DNA from: Candidatus Micrarchaeota archaeon
GTDB taxonomy: Archaea > Iainarchaeota > Iainarchaeia > Iainarchaeales > 1-14-0-10-31-34
Assembly: GCA_018829335.1 (NCBI GenBank)
Contig: JAHJUD010000046.1
Coordinates: 1-49,032, forward strand
Length of the DNA stretch: 49,032 nucleotides
Direction: 5' to 3'
The notes beneath the pieces were generated by a model. The model worked only from the letters and a program-made list of their open reading frames with translations, made no database searches and was not told the DNA's origin. The translations under genes and the position numbers were made by a program. Positions 8,567 through 17,822 of this stretch are shown here, one piece after another. The first letter of the stretch is position 1; each line of letters starts with the position of its first letter.

Positions 8567-10981
8567 ATGATTGAAATGAAAAACACAATTGAAATATCAA
8601 AGATGAACGAAAAAGAACTCATAGATTTAAGCAATAAAATGCTTTTGGCTTTAAACGCAAAAGAAATGAATTCAGTTCAAGAATACTTTAAGGAAAAAAA
8701 CAGGCATCCTTTTCAGGCAGAATTAGAAACAATTGCACAAACATGGAGCGAGCACTGCAAGCACAAAACATTTAATTCAGCAATAAATTATAAGGAAATT
8801 TTTTTGGATGGAACAATAAAAGAAAAAAAGTTTGATAACTTGTTTAGGGAAACAATTAAATCAGCAACACACAAATTAATGAAAGAAAAAAACTGGCTTG
8901 TATCTGTTTTCTCTGATAATGCAGGAATAATTTCATTTAATGAAGAATTTGATGTAGCATTCAAAGTTGAAACACATAATCATCCTTCTGCTTTAGATCC
9001 TTATGGAGGGGCAAACACTGGCATTGGAGGAGTAATAAGAGACATTTTAGGCGTTGGATTAGGAGCAAAGCCTGTTGCAAACACTGATGTATTTTGTTTT
9101 GCTGACCCTGAAACAAAAAAAGAAGATGTTCCTGAAAATTTGCTTCATCCTAAAAGGATTTTTAAGGGAGTAAGAGCAGGAGTAAGAGATTACGGAAATC
9201 GAATGGGAATTCCAACCATTAACGGCGCAATATTATTTGATGAAAGGTATTTAGGAAACCCTTTAGTGTATTGCGGGACTATTGGATTGATTCCAAAAGG
9301 ATTGCATGAAAAAAAAGCCTTTAAAGGAAACAAAATTATTGCAGTCGGAGGAAGAACAGGAAGAGACGGAATTCATGGTGCAACTTTTTCTTCAATTGAA
9401 TTAAACGAGGAAACTTCTTCTACTGCAGTTCAGATAGGAAACCCAATAGAAGAAAAAAAAATGATGGACGTAATTTTACAGGCAAGAGACAAAAAATTAT
9501 ATTCTTGTATTACTGACTGTGGCGCAGGAGGATTTAGTTCAGCTATAGGGGAAATGGGAGAAGAAACAGGCGCAAAAGTTTTTTTGGAAAAAGCGCCGTT
9601 AAAGTATAAAGGATTAGAGTCATGGGAAATCTGGGTAAGTGAGGCTCAAGAAAGAATGATTCTGGCTGTTCCTGAAAAAAACACAAAAGAATTTTTGGAA
9701 TTATGCGGAAAAGAAGATGTTGAAGCAACAGTTTTAGGGGAATTCACTGAAACAAAAAAATTAGAAGTATTTTTTAACGAAGAAAAAATCATTGACTTGG
9801 AAATGGATTTTTTGCATAAAGAAATTCCAAAAACAGAAAAAAACGCTGAATGGAAAGAAAAAACATTAACTGAAGAATTTAGTGAACCAGAAAACTTTAA
9901 TGAAGTTTTAATGCAATTGCTTGCAATGCCTAATATTGCCTCAAAAGAAACAACAATAAGACAGTATGACCATGAAGTGCAAGGCACTTCAATAATAAAG
10001 CCTTTAATGGGAAAAAAAAATGATGCTCCAAGCGATGCTTCAATAATAAAGCCTTTATTTGAATTCAAAGAAGGAATTGCAGTCTCAAACGGAATTAATC
10101 CATTATATGGAGACATTGATCCTTATTGGATGGCTGCCTCTGCAATAGATGAAGCAATAAGAAATTTAATCTGTGTTGGAGCCCAAATAAACCATATTGC
10201 ATTATTGGATAATTTTTGTTGGGGTTCTCCTACAAAAGAAAAGCTGGCTGAATTGGTTAGGGCTTCAGTTGCCTGCAGGGAAACCGCAATAGCTTTTGGA
10301 ACTCCATTTATTTCAGGAAAAGATTCTTTTCATAATGAATTCAGGTTAGGAGAAAAAACAATTTCAGTTCCTTCCACTTTGCTTATTTCTGCAATAGGAG
10401 TTCTTCCTGATGCAATCAAAAGGATTTCAATGGACTTAAAAGAAAAAAACAATTTGATTTATTTGGTTGGAGCAACAAGAAACGAATTAGGTGCAAGCCA
10501 TTTCCTTAAATTACAGGAAAAACTTGGAAAAAATGTTCCTGAATTAAATGCTGAAGAAGCAAGAAAAGCCTATGAAAAATTATCTGAAATTGCTTTGATC
10601 GGAGAAAAAAATTCTGAAAGAATTATTCGTTCAATGCATGACTGTTCAGAAGGAGGATTAGCTGTAACAATAGCTGAAATGGCTTTTGGAGGAATGCTTG
10701 GAGCAGAAATAGATTTAAGGAAAATTGTTTTTGAAGGAAATGAAAAAGAAAAAACAAATACAGTTTTGCTTTTCTCTGAATCAAATTCAAGGATTTTAGT
10801 TGAAGTGCCGTTTAAATTCAAAGACAAATTTGAATCAATAATGCAGGGAACAATTTTTGCTGAAATAGGATTTGTTTCAGATGATTTAAACCTTAGAGTT
10901 ACAGGCTTGAATGGAGAAAAAATAATTAATTCAGATTTAAGTGAATTAAAAAACACATGGAAAAAAACATTAAATTGGTGA
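8567..10981 (+). CDS. purL: Phosphoribosylformylglycinamidine synthase II
   Basis: 804 aa with WSEHCKHKTF, ETHNHPSALDPYGGANTGIGGVIRD and GKDSFHNEF. It ends in TGA. Confidence 0.92.
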   Translation: MIEMKNTIEISKMNEKELIDLSNKMLLALNAKEMNSVQEYFKEKNRHPFQAELETIAQTWSEHCKHKTFNSAINYKEIFLDGTIKEKKFDNLFRETIKSATHKLMKEKNWLVSVFSDNAGIISFNEEFDVAFKVETHNHPSALDPYGGANTGIGGVIRDILGVGLGAKPVANTDVFCFADPETKKEDVPENLLHPKRIFKGVRAGVRDYGNRMGIPTINGAILFDERYLGNPLVYCGTIGLIPKGLHEKKAFKGNKIIAVGGRTGRDGIHGATFSSIELNEETSSTAVQIGNPIEEKKMMDVILQARDKKLYSCITDCGAGGFSSAIGEMGEETGAKVFLEKAPLKYKGLESWEIWVSEAQERMILAVPEKNTKEFLELCGKEDVEATVLGEFTETKKLEVFFNEEKIIDLEMDFLHKEIPKTEKNAEWKEKTLTEEFSEPENFNEVLMQLLAMPNIASKETTIRQYDHEVQGTSIIKPLMGKKNDAPSDASIIKPLFEFKEGIAVSNGINPLYGDIDPYWMAASAIDEAIRNLICVGAQINHIALLDNFCWGSPTKEKLAELVRASVACRETAIAFGTPFISGKDSFHNEFRLGEKTISVPSTLLISAIGVLPDAIKRISMDLKEKNNLIYLVGATRNELGASHFLKLQEKLGKNVPELNAEEARKAYEKLSEIALIGEKNSERIIRSMHDCSEGGLAVTIAEMAFGGMLGAEIDLRKIVFEGNEKEKTNTVLLFSESNSRILVEVPFKFKDKFESIMQGTIFAEIGFVSDDLNLRVTGLNGEKIINSDLSELKNTWKKTLNW

Positions 10982-10995
10982 AAAATGAAAATAAG

Positions 10996-11025
10996 GAATG
11001 AATGAAAAAAATGAAGCGGAAATAA
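10996..11025 (+). repeat. A-rich leader motif GAATGAATGAAAAAAATGAAGCGGAAATAA, copy 2 (upstream of purQ)
   Basis: Aligns with 8491-8519 with a few mismatches. Both spacers also share TGAAAARTGAAAA just after the stop codon and AAATGCAAA further on. Confidence 0.4.
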
Positions 11026-11101
11026 AAATGCAAATCAAAGAATTAATGAAAAAAATTGAAGTGACAATAAAATGGAATTAAAAAATTTTAAGTGATGTGA
11101 A

Positions 11102-11854
11102 ATGAATCCAAAAATTATTGTTTTAAGGACTGCAGGAACAAACTGCGATTATGAAACAGTCAATGTATTCAAGTATTTGGGTGCAGAAGTAGATTTAGTT
11201 CATGTTAATTCCCTACAAAGAAAAGAAATTTCTTTAAGTGATTACCATTGCCTTGTATTGCCTGGTGGTTTTGCTGACGGAGACTATATTTCTTCAGCCA
11301 AAATTCTTGCAAACAAGCTGAAATATAATTTAAGAGAAGAAATTGAAAATTTTATTTCAGAAAAAAAACTGATTTTAGGCATTTGCAACGGCTTTCAGGC
11401 TTTAGTTAAAGCAGGTTTTCTTCCTGCAATAAATAATTTTTTTGAACAGCAGGTTACTTTGCTTTGGAATCAATCAGGACATTTTCAGGATGAATGGATT
11501 ACAATGAAAAAAACCGGAGGAAAGCATTGCGTCTGGACAAAAGAAATTGAATCAGTTTACTGCCCTATAAACCATGGGGAAGGAAGACTTGAAATTCCTG
11601 AAAACACTTTGAAAGAATTATATGAAAAAGATTTGGTTGTATTTAAGTATGAAAAAAACCCTAATGGTTCAATGGATTCAATTGCAGGCATATGTGATGA
11701 AACAGGAAGAATTTTTGGTTTAATGCCTCACCCGGAAAAAAACGCTTTTTCTTTAACTGACCCAAGAAGCACAAGAGAACAATTTGGATTTGAAGGAGAA
11801 GGAATTTCTATTTTCAGGAACGGGGTAACATATATAAGGGAAAACCTGTTCTGA
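11102..11854 (+). CDS. purQ: Phosphoribosylformylglycinamidine synthase I (glutaminase subunit)
   Basis: 250 aa with LPGGFADGDY, GICNGFQAL (catalytic Cys) and MPHPE. Confidence 0.9.
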   Translation: MNPKIIVLRTAGTNCDYETVNVFKYLGAEVDLVHVNSLQRKEISLSDYHCLVLPGGFADGDYISSAKILANKLKYNLREEIENFISEKKLILGICNGFQALVKAGFLPAINNFFEQQVTLLWNQSGHFQDEWITMKKTGGKHCVWTKEIESVYCPINHGEGRLEIPENTLKELYEKDLVVFKYEKNPNGSMDSIAGICDETGRIFGLMPHPEKNAFSLTDPRSTREQFGFEGEGISIFRNGVTYIRENLF

Positions 11855-11920
11855 TTTAAGTAAAAAAAGAAAATTGAATAAAAAAAGAAAAAATTAATTT
11901 AATTTCTGAAAAAGATTGAA

Positions 11921-12571
11921 ATGAAAAAGAAAAACATTTTATTAATTTTAAAGCTGTTAAAAAAAGAAGTCGGCTTTCATAAGCCTGTAGTAGGATTTGA
12001 AAACCCTTTCAAGGTTTTGATTTCAACTGTTTTAAGCCAGAGGACAAGAGATGAAAATACAGAAAAAGCATCCAAAGCTTTATTCAAAAAATTTTCTAAT
12101 TCAAAAACTCTTGCAAAAGCAAAAACAAAAGAAATTGAATCACTGATTAAGCCTGCAGGATTTTACAGGGTTAAAGCAAAGACAATCAAAAAAATTGCAA
12201 TAGATTTAATTGAAAGGTTTAATGGAAAAGTTCCTTCTTCTCTTGAACAGCTTGTTTCACTTAAAGGTGTTGGAAGAAAAACCGCTAACTGTGTTCTTGT
12301 ATACTCTTTTCATATTCCTGCTATTCCGGTTGATGTTCATGTTCATCGCATTTCAAACCGCATTGGTTTGGTGAAAACTAAAACTCCGGAAGAAAGCGAA
12401 ACTGAATTAATGAAAGTGTTTCCAAAAAGCAAATGGATTGAATTAAACGATTTAATGGTTAAATTTGGGCAGAATAAATGCTTTCCAAGAAACCCTAAAT
12501 GCGAAACCTGCCTGTTGAACAAGGAATGTGATTTTGGAAGGGAAAAATTAAATAAAGGAAAAACTATTTGA
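11921..12571 (+). CDS. nth: Endonuclease III (DNA glycosylase/AP lyase)
   Basis: 216 aa with the HhH-GPD segment LKGVGRKTANCVL, DVHVHRISNR, and a C-terminal Cys cluster CFPRNPKCETCLLNKEC. Confidence 0.88.
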   Translation: MKKKNILLILKLLKKEVGFHKPVVGFENPFKVLISTVLSQRTRDENTEKASKALFKKFSNSKTLAKAKTKEIESLIKPAGFYRVKAKTIKKIAIDLIERFNGKVPSSLEQLVSLKGVGRKTANCVLVYSFHIPAIPVDVHVHRISNRIGLVKTKTPEESETELMKVFPKSKWIELNDLMVKFGQNKCFPRNPKCETCLLNKECDFGREKLNKGKTI

Positions 12572-12783
12572 TTATTATGGCTAATGGAATTGAAGCAGTT
12601 GAAGTGACAAGAGACAAAATTGATGAATATCTTGGTTTAACAACAGAAGAATTTGTTGAAGATAAAAGCAGAATTGAAGAAGCAAAAAAAAGAGGCAAAA
12701 AACTGCTTTTACAATCAATGGATTCTGGATTAAAATTATTTTTTATTGTAAGAACAGGAAAAGAAGGACAAAAAATATTATGA
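12568..12783 (+). CDS. N-terminal part of a GNAT-like acetyltransferase (terminated by in-frame TGA)
   Basis: 71-aa ORF (the ATG at 12577 is the more likely start). It is in the same frame as 12826-13185, with a single TGA (12781-12783) between them. Confidence 0.45.
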   Translation: MIIMANGIEAVEVTRDKIDEYLGLTTEEFVEDKSRIEEAKKRGKKLLLQSMDSGLKLFFIVRTGKEGQKIL

Positions 12784-12825
12784 GTTTTTGGTTTAAACCC
12801 TAAAAGGACAATAACTTATAAAAAC

Positions 12826-13185
12826 TTGAAAGCAAGAGCGCTTGTGGAACCATTATTCTTGCAAAACGAATTATTTGATTTTTTAATTGTTAAAGAATTA
12901 AGGGGAAAACCTTTTGTTTTTTCAAAATGCATTAAATTGATTGAACAAAAAGCCAGAGAACTTGGAATGAAAAAAGTTGTGATGAGAATTGAAGCAAAAA
13001 ATCCTAATTGGAAAAAATTAGGGAAAAAATTCTTTTCCAAAAAACAGTACGATTATTCTACAATGACATTTGAGGGAATGAAATATTATTTGGAAAACCT
13101 GGGAAGAAAAGGCATTAGGGCAGTTTTTAAACGAAAAAAACGCAGACAACCTAAAAGACTTCTTGTTTCAAAAAAATTGAAGTGA
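12826..13185 (+). CDS. C-terminal part of a GNAT-like acetyltransferase with a basic tail
   Basis: FLIVKELRGKPFVFSKCIKLIEQKARELGMKKVVMRIEAKNPNWKKLGKKF fits the GNAT beta4-alpha3-beta5 core. The frame is open back to the TGA at 12783. The track start is a TTG. Confidence 0.5.
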   Translation: MKARALVEPLFLQNELFDFLIVKELRGKPFVFSKCIKLIEQKARELGMKKVVMRIEAKNPNWKKLGKKFFSKKQYDYSTMTFEGMKYYLENLGRKGIRAVFKRKKRRQPKRLLVSKKLK

Positions 13186-13282
13186 TTAAACAAGATCCAT
13201 TAAAGTGTTTTTTGAATTCCTTTTCCAAGCTTTCTGCTTTCTTGCCAGTTACAATGTTTTCCAATGAATTATAAAAATCAAT

Positions 13283-13573
13283 ATGCCTTATTTTATTATT
13301 ATGAAAGAAAGAATTGAATTCAAAGTTTTTGGAAGGGTTCAGGGAGTAGGCTTCCGTTTTGCTGTAGTCAGGGCCTCAAAAAAATTTAAAGTAAAAGGTT
13401 TTGTAAAAAACCTTGATTCAGGCGAAGTTTTAGTTATTGCAGAAGGAGAAAAAAAAGAATTAGAAAAATTCATTGAAGAAGTGAAGAATTTTTCTTTTAC
13501 TCAGATAACAAAAGTTGAAGTGCAATGGAAAAAAACATTAAACGAATTTGAAGAATTCAGAATAGAGTATTAA
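13283..13573 (+). CDS. acyP: Acylphosphatase
   Basis: Contains VFGRVQGVGFRF and GFVKNLDSGEVLVIAEG. The likely start is the internal MKERIEF. Confidence 0.85.
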   Translation: MPYFIIMKERIEFKVFGRVQGVGFRFAVVRASKKFKVKGFVKNLDSGEVLVIAEGEKKELEKFIEEVKNFSFTQITKVEVQWKKTLNEFEEFRIEY

Positions 13574-14043
13574 CTATTTTTAACATAAATTGAAACTCTT
13601 TTAGTGAATAACCTTCCGTTTGAAAGAAATCCAATGTTTATTTCATAGTTGCCTGAAGGAATGTCTTCTCTTAAAGCCCTTAAATTAAAATCAAAAGACC
13701 TTGATTCACCTTTTCCTAAAACAGGAACAGAAACTTCTTCAGGAAAAACAACGATTGAATCAGAGTCAACTGCCTTTGCTTTAATTACTGAATCAACTGC
13801 GTCTTCTCCTGAAACGTTCACTACTACAACTTTCATTAATATTTTGTCTTCCTGGCTTAAATCAAAAGAGGATTCAGAAAAAGAAACAAGCAAAGGGTCA
13901 GGCTTAAACAAAGAAGAAAAAGCAATAATCAAAAAAGCAATAATTAGAACTGCAATAACTGCAAGCAAAGGAAACTTTAATTTGTCGTAACCAAAAGAAA
14001 ACTTCGGCATTGAAAGGGATTTTGACTCATCATAAATACTCAT
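13570..14043 (-). CDS. N-terminally membrane-anchored protein with a CARDB/beta-sandwich-like ectodomain
   Basis: 157 aa with one TM (LLAVIAVLIIAFLIIAF), then VVVVNVSGEDA...GESRSFDFNL...GNYEINIGF. Confidence 0.6.
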   Translation of the reverse strand: MSIYDESKSLSMPKFSFGYDKLKFPLLAVIAVLIIAFLIIAFSSLFKPDPLLVSFSESSFDLSQEDKILMKVVVVNVSGEDAVDSVIKAKAVDSDSIVVFPEEVSVPVLGKGESRSFDFNLRALREDIPSGNYEINIGFLSNGRLFTKRVSIYVKNS

Positions 14044-14086
14044 GCATTAAAATAAGGTAAATGGAATTTAAAAAATTAACCTTGAT

Positions 14087-14386
14087 TCATTTCAAAGTAA
14101 ACAAGAAATCGTCTTCTTTTGCGTCAAACAGGCCTGCACGAACTCCGGCATCAAGCCAGGCATGAGCATAAGACAAGGCTGCAAGGGAATTCAACAAATC
14201 ATTTTTTTCTGAAAAATGCTTTGCATCAGAAAAATAATTTTTTGCCATAGACAAAAAATCCACTGCAATTGCTTTTTCTTTCACGGTTAAGTTTTTTTTG
14301 AATTCAATTTTTTGCAGGGCTTTTCCTGTAAGAAAAAAATATCTTTGAACTTTTTCTTCTAACTGAATATTTAAACTTTTATTCAT
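14087..14386 (-). CDS. Small helical protein, possibly DUF357-like
   Basis: 99-aa ORF overlapping the dphB stop by 8 nt. Contains LSYAHAWLDAGVRAGL. The family assignment is from memory only. Confidence 0.5.
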   Translation of the reverse strand: MNKSLNIQLEEKVQRYFFLTGKALQKIEFKKNLTVKEKAIAVDFLSMAKNYFSDAKHFSEKNDLLNSLAALSYAHAWLDAGVRAGLFDAKEDDFLFTLK

Positions 14387-15149
14387 TTTGCTTCCACCCG
14401 CTGAAAATTTTCAGGAATTCTTTTTCATCCTCGCTTAAGTTCCCGCAAACAATCAAAGAATGAGGTTCTTTACCAAAATCAAATTTTTTTATTTCTTGCG
14501 CAGAACCTGCTTTAATTTTCATTTTATCAGAACCAGCCCTTGCAATTCCAATTAAAACAGAACCAGAAATTAGTTTCATGTTTCTTTTTGATTCAATTGA
14601 TTCAAGCAGTTCAATCGCTTCACTTATTTTCATAAACTTTTTTTCCTGAACATCAATGTCCAACAGGCATAAAGTGTGCAGGCCAACAGACTTGTTTTTT
14701 TCTATTGAATCAAAAAATGATTCAGGAGCGTAATTTTCCCTCTGGAAAACAATTGAAACAGTTTTGCCAAACTTGTATTCCTGCAAACCAGTAAAAGAAA
14801 CAAAATTTACGACAGAAATTCCGGGAACAACAAAAAAAGGAATTTTTTTTGCTTTAAGTTCTGCAAGAAGAGAAAGATGAGTTGTTGCAGTCAAAGGATT
14901 TCCAAAAACAAGCAACGCAATATTTTCTTTTTTTGCAGAAGAAAAAAAAGTTAATGCATTTTCTTCAACTTCTTTCCTGCCCAAAGAAAAAATCTTTTTC
15001 CCAATTTCTTTTTCCAGTTCAGAAATTTTTCCTTCAGAATAAAGCGAAGTGTATGCTTCAAGAAAAACTTTTTTGCATTTTTTTATTTTTTCTTTTGCTT
15101 CAAGCGTTAAATTATTTTTTTTTAACCCAATTCCAATCAAGAAAAACAT
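14379..15149 (-). CDS. dphB: Diphthine synthase
   Basis: MFFLIGIGL...EAYTS...LVFGNPLTATTH...PGIS is a tetrapyrrole-methylase fold typical of DphB. The track ORF extends to 15179, but the ATG at 15149 fits homologue N-termini. Confidence 0.85.
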   Translation of the reverse strand: MFFLIGIGLKKNNLTLEAKEKIKKCKKVFLEAYTSLYSEGKISELEKEIGKKIFSLGRKEVEENALTFFSSAKKENIALLVFGNPLTATTHLSLLAELKAKKIPFFVVPGISVVNFVSFTGLQEYKFGKTVSIVFQRENYAPESFFDSIEKNKSVGLHTLCLLDIDVQEKKFMKISEAIELLESIESKRNMKLISGSVLIGIARAGSDKMKIKAGSAQEIKKFDFGKEPHSLIVCGNLSEDEKEFLKIFSGWKQNE

Positions 15150-15245
15150 TTTTTGTACCAAAAATAATGATTGAAACAAAACATTTAAATATAATAAATC
15201 CCTTAATGTGTTAAATAAATTTTTTTTGAAAGGAGGTTTGATTTT

Positions 15246-15308
15246 ATGGCAAAGAAAAAAAAGAAAGCAACAAAGAAGAAAACAGCAAAGAAAAAGAAAA
15301 AAAGATAA
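15246..15308 (+). CDS. 20-aa poly-lysine micropeptide (MAKKKKKATKKKTAKKKKKR), ribosomal L41e-like in character
   Basis: AGGAGG at 15231-15236 lies 9 nt before the ATG. A TAA stop is followed by a perfect hairpin and T-tract. It is too short for the ORF track. Confidence 0.45.
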   Translation: MAKKKKKATKKKTAKKKKKR

Positions 15309-15327
15309 ATGAAAGATTGTTTTCTTG

Positions 15328-15360
15328 GGAAAGAAATTGATTTCTTTCCTCTATTTTTTT
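15328..15360 (+). terminator. Hairpin GGAAAGAAA-TTGA-TTTCTTTCC followed by T7
   Basis: A 9-bp perfect stem and 4-nt loop read directly. A T-tract lies at 15354-15360, just after the micro-ORF. Confidence 0.5.
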
Positions 15361-15391
15361 ATTTTTGATTTTAAAACTGCTTTTTCTGGTT

Positions 15392-16240
15392 TTACAAAAT
15401 GTTTAACCCTAAACTGAACACGTCTCTTATTCCAGGTGCAAAGCCGATTATTATCACAAAAATTTTTATGAAATTCCTGAGTTTTTCGTCTTCTACTTCT
15501 TTGTCAACATACCATAAGACAATCAAAGACAAAAGAACTTTTAATAAAATGAATGCAGCAGGAGAAAAAGTTTCAATAACAAAATTAGACAAAACATGCT
15601 GTTCACTGTAAGTAAAGAAGCTAAGTGCAATAAAAGTTGCAACACCATCTAAAGTCTGACCTGCAAGAACCGCTAAATTCATTTTGCTTGAAAGAACATT
15701 CTGTTTTAATTTGTCATTTAAAAACTTCAAGACAAAAACAATTAATGCAGTTAAACCCAAAACAAAAAAGAATTCAAAAGCATGAGTTAAGTGAAGCAAC
15801 TGGTAAAGAACTACAGGAACACTTAAAATTATTCCAATTCCCATAAAAACTTTCAGTGTTTCTTTCTGGAAACGTTTTGCAATAAACATTGAAATGATTA
15901 AACTGAAGATTGTTAGCAAGCCGACAAGAATGTAAATTCCTGGAGACACAGTATAAAACCCAAAAGTTAAGGGATCAGTTGAACGTTCAAATAAATCAAA
16001 ATAGACTGCAGAATAATTTTCTTCGAAAATCCTGATAGTTGAACCAAACACAATAAAAGGAAAAACTGCTTTAAGAAAATCGAAATCAAAATTAATTCCT
16101 TTCTTTTTAAAGAAAGGGAAAACAACAAAAAAAGCTATTATAAGAAGAATTCCTGCATAAACCAAAGTATTGACTAAATTGTATCCTGAATGGCTTACAA
16201 TAGGATTAATAAAAAATTCATTGATTAAATCAGAAACCAT
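15392..16240 (-). CDS. Multi-pass membrane protein (possibly DUF63-like archaeal family)
   Basis: 282 aa with about 7 hydrophobic segments. The family guess is from memory only. Confidence 0.6.
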   Translation of the reverse strand: MVSDLINEFFINPIVSHSGYNLVNTLVYAGILLIIAFFVVFPFFKKKGINFDFDFLKAVFPFIVFGSTIRIFEENYSAVYFDLFERSTDPLTFGFYTVSPGIYILVGLLTIFSLIISMFIAKRFQKETLKVFMGIGIILSVPVVLYQLLHLTHAFEFFFVLGLTALIVFVLKFLNDKLKQNVLSSKMNLAVLAGQTLDGVATFIALSFFTYSEQHVLSNFVIETFSPAAFILLKVLLSLIVLWYVDKEVEDEKLRNFIKIFVIIIGFAPGIRDVFSLGLNIL

Positions 16241-16331
16241 AAACTAATTAAGCGAAAAACCTTTTTATATTGCACGGAATACAAAGAAAAAACGCAAAAC
16301 AAATAAAAGGAGAATCAAATAATCAGTATAT

Positions 16332-16937
16332 GTGAGTGAATTGGTTTCAGAAAAAGAAATAAAAGAATTCAGAAAGCCTGAATTTCCTGTTGAATCAGTT
16401 TTTTTGAATCGATGGTCTCCAAGGGCAATGTCAGGCGAAAAAATTTCTGACAAAGAATTAATGTCTTTGTTTGAAGCCGCAAAATGGGCTCCTTCTTCTG
16501 CAAACAACCAGCCTTGGAAATTTATTTACGCCAAAAGAGAATCAGAACACTGGCAGAAATTCTTTGATTTGCTTAATTCAGGAAACGCTGAATGGGCAAA
16601 GAATGCTTCAGCTTTAATTGTTGTTGCCTCAAAAACAACTTTTGATTTTAACAACTCATTTTCAAGGACTCATTCATTTGATTCAGGGGCAGCGTGGATG
16701 AGTTTTGCATTGCAGGCTTCAATTAAAGGATTGACCGCACATGGAATGGAAGGATTTGACTATGATAAAGCAAAAAAAGAATTAGAGATTCCAGAAGAAT
16801 ACCAAATAGAAGCAATGATTGCATTAGGAAAAAAAGGAAAAAAAGAAGATTTATCAGAAAAAAATCAGAAAAGAGAATTTCCTTCAGACAGGAAAAAGCT
16901 TTCAGAAACTGTCTTTGAAGGAAAATTTAGAAAATGA
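16332..16937 (+). CDS. Nitroreductase-family protein
   Basis: 201 aa with RWSPRAM and AAKWAPSSANNQPWKF. GTG start. Confidence 0.8.
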   Translation: MSELVSEKEIKEFRKPEFPVESVFLNRWSPRAMSGEKISDKELMSLFEAAKWAPSSANNQPWKFIYAKRESEHWQKFFDLLNSGNAEWAKNASALIVVASKTTFDFNNSFSRTHSFDSGAAWMSFALQASIKGLTAHGMEGFDYDKAKKELEIPEEYQIEAMIALGKKGKKEDLSEKNQKREFPSDRKKLSETVFEGKFRK

Positions 16938-16950
16938 CAGCTGATTTTTT

Positions 16951-17787
16951 ATGGCAGGAAACTTAAAGCAGGCACTGGAAAAAAAACTTTCAGAAAAAGA
17001 AAAAGCTGTTTTTGTTAAAAGCTTTGATTCTTTAGGGAATATTGCAGTAATTGAAATTCCAAAAGAATTAAAGAAAAAAGAACAGCTTATTGGAAACACT
17101 TTACTTGAATTAAATAAAAACTTTAAAACAGTCTGCAAGATTGCAGGGCCACACAAAGGCAAATACCGTTTACAACCATTAAAGATTATTGCAGGCGAAA
17201 AAAATTTTATTGCAGAATACAAAGAGTCAGGATGCAGATTTGTTTTTGATGTAAGAAAAACTTTTTTTTCTCCCCGCTTGTCTAATGAACGATTAAGGAT
17301 TTCAAAACTGATTAAAAAAAATGAAATCATTGGATGCTTTTTTGCAGGAGTCAGCCCGTTTCCTGTTGTTTTCTCAAAAAACTCTGAAATGAAAAAAGCT
17401 TTTGCAGTAGAATTAAACCCTGAAGCAGTAAAAATGATGAAAAAAAATGTTTTAATAAATAAATGCGCAGAAAAAATTACAGTGATTCAAGGAGACGTAA
17501 ACAAGATTGCACGAACTAAACTAAAGAATTCCTGTGACAGGATTGTAATGCCAATGCCTCACGGAGGAGAAAACTTTTTGAAAGAAACCCTGAAAGCATT
17601 AAAGAAAAATGGAGTAATTCATTTTTATCAGGTATTAGAAAAAGAAACTGCTTTTGAAGAAGCAATTGCGCGAGCAAAAAAAGAATGCATTAAACAGAAA
17701 AGAAAATTTGTTTTATTGGATAAAAAAATTGTCAGGCCTTTTAGTGCAACAAAAGTTCAGGTTGTAATTGATTTTAAGGCAGGTTAA
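16951..17787 (+). CDS. trm5: tRNA (guanine37-N1)-methyltransferase Trm5/Taw2 family
   Basis: 278 aa with the Met-10+ pattern: FDSLGNIAVIEIP, FSPRLSNER, FAGVSPF, ELNPEAV and RIVMPMP. Confidence 0.8.
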   Translation: MAGNLKQALEKKLSEKEKAVFVKSFDSLGNIAVIEIPKELKKKEQLIGNTLLELNKNFKTVCKIAGPHKGKYRLQPLKIIAGEKNFIAEYKESGCRFVFDVRKTFFSPRLSNERLRISKLIKKNEIIGCFFAGVSPFPVVFSKNSEMKKAFAVELNPEAVKMMKKNVLINKCAEKITVIQGDVNKIARTKLKNSCDRIVMPMPHGGENFLKETLKALKKNGVIHFYQVLEKETAFEEAIARAKKECIKQKRKFVLLDKKIVRPFSATKVQVVIDFKAG

Positions 17788-17822
17788 AAAATATTTTGGG
17801 TTTATTTTATTCAGGTGTTTAA

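Noticed and set aside
9646-10116. Long antisense ORFs inside purL (9543-9728, 9646-10116, 10570-10956), with similar ones inside folC, metE, ahcY, galE, purD and tfb
   Set aside because: Each is antisense to a gene with strong family motifs. The products are Ser/Phe/Leu-rich, which is typical of the reverse strand of A-rich coding DNA.
12781-12783. Possibility that TGA is recoded genome-wide (as in some candidate phyla), or encodes selenocysteine
   Set aside because: purL, purQ, nth, P1 and P2 all terminate at TGA at positions consistent with homologue lengths. I noticed no SECIS-like structure, and GNATs are not selenoproteins.
13186-13282. Minus-strand frame SLENIVTGKKAESLEKEFKKHFNGS, resembling the start of a DegT-type aminotransferase
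   Set aside because: It is far too short, has no start or continuation, and the similarity is impressionistic.
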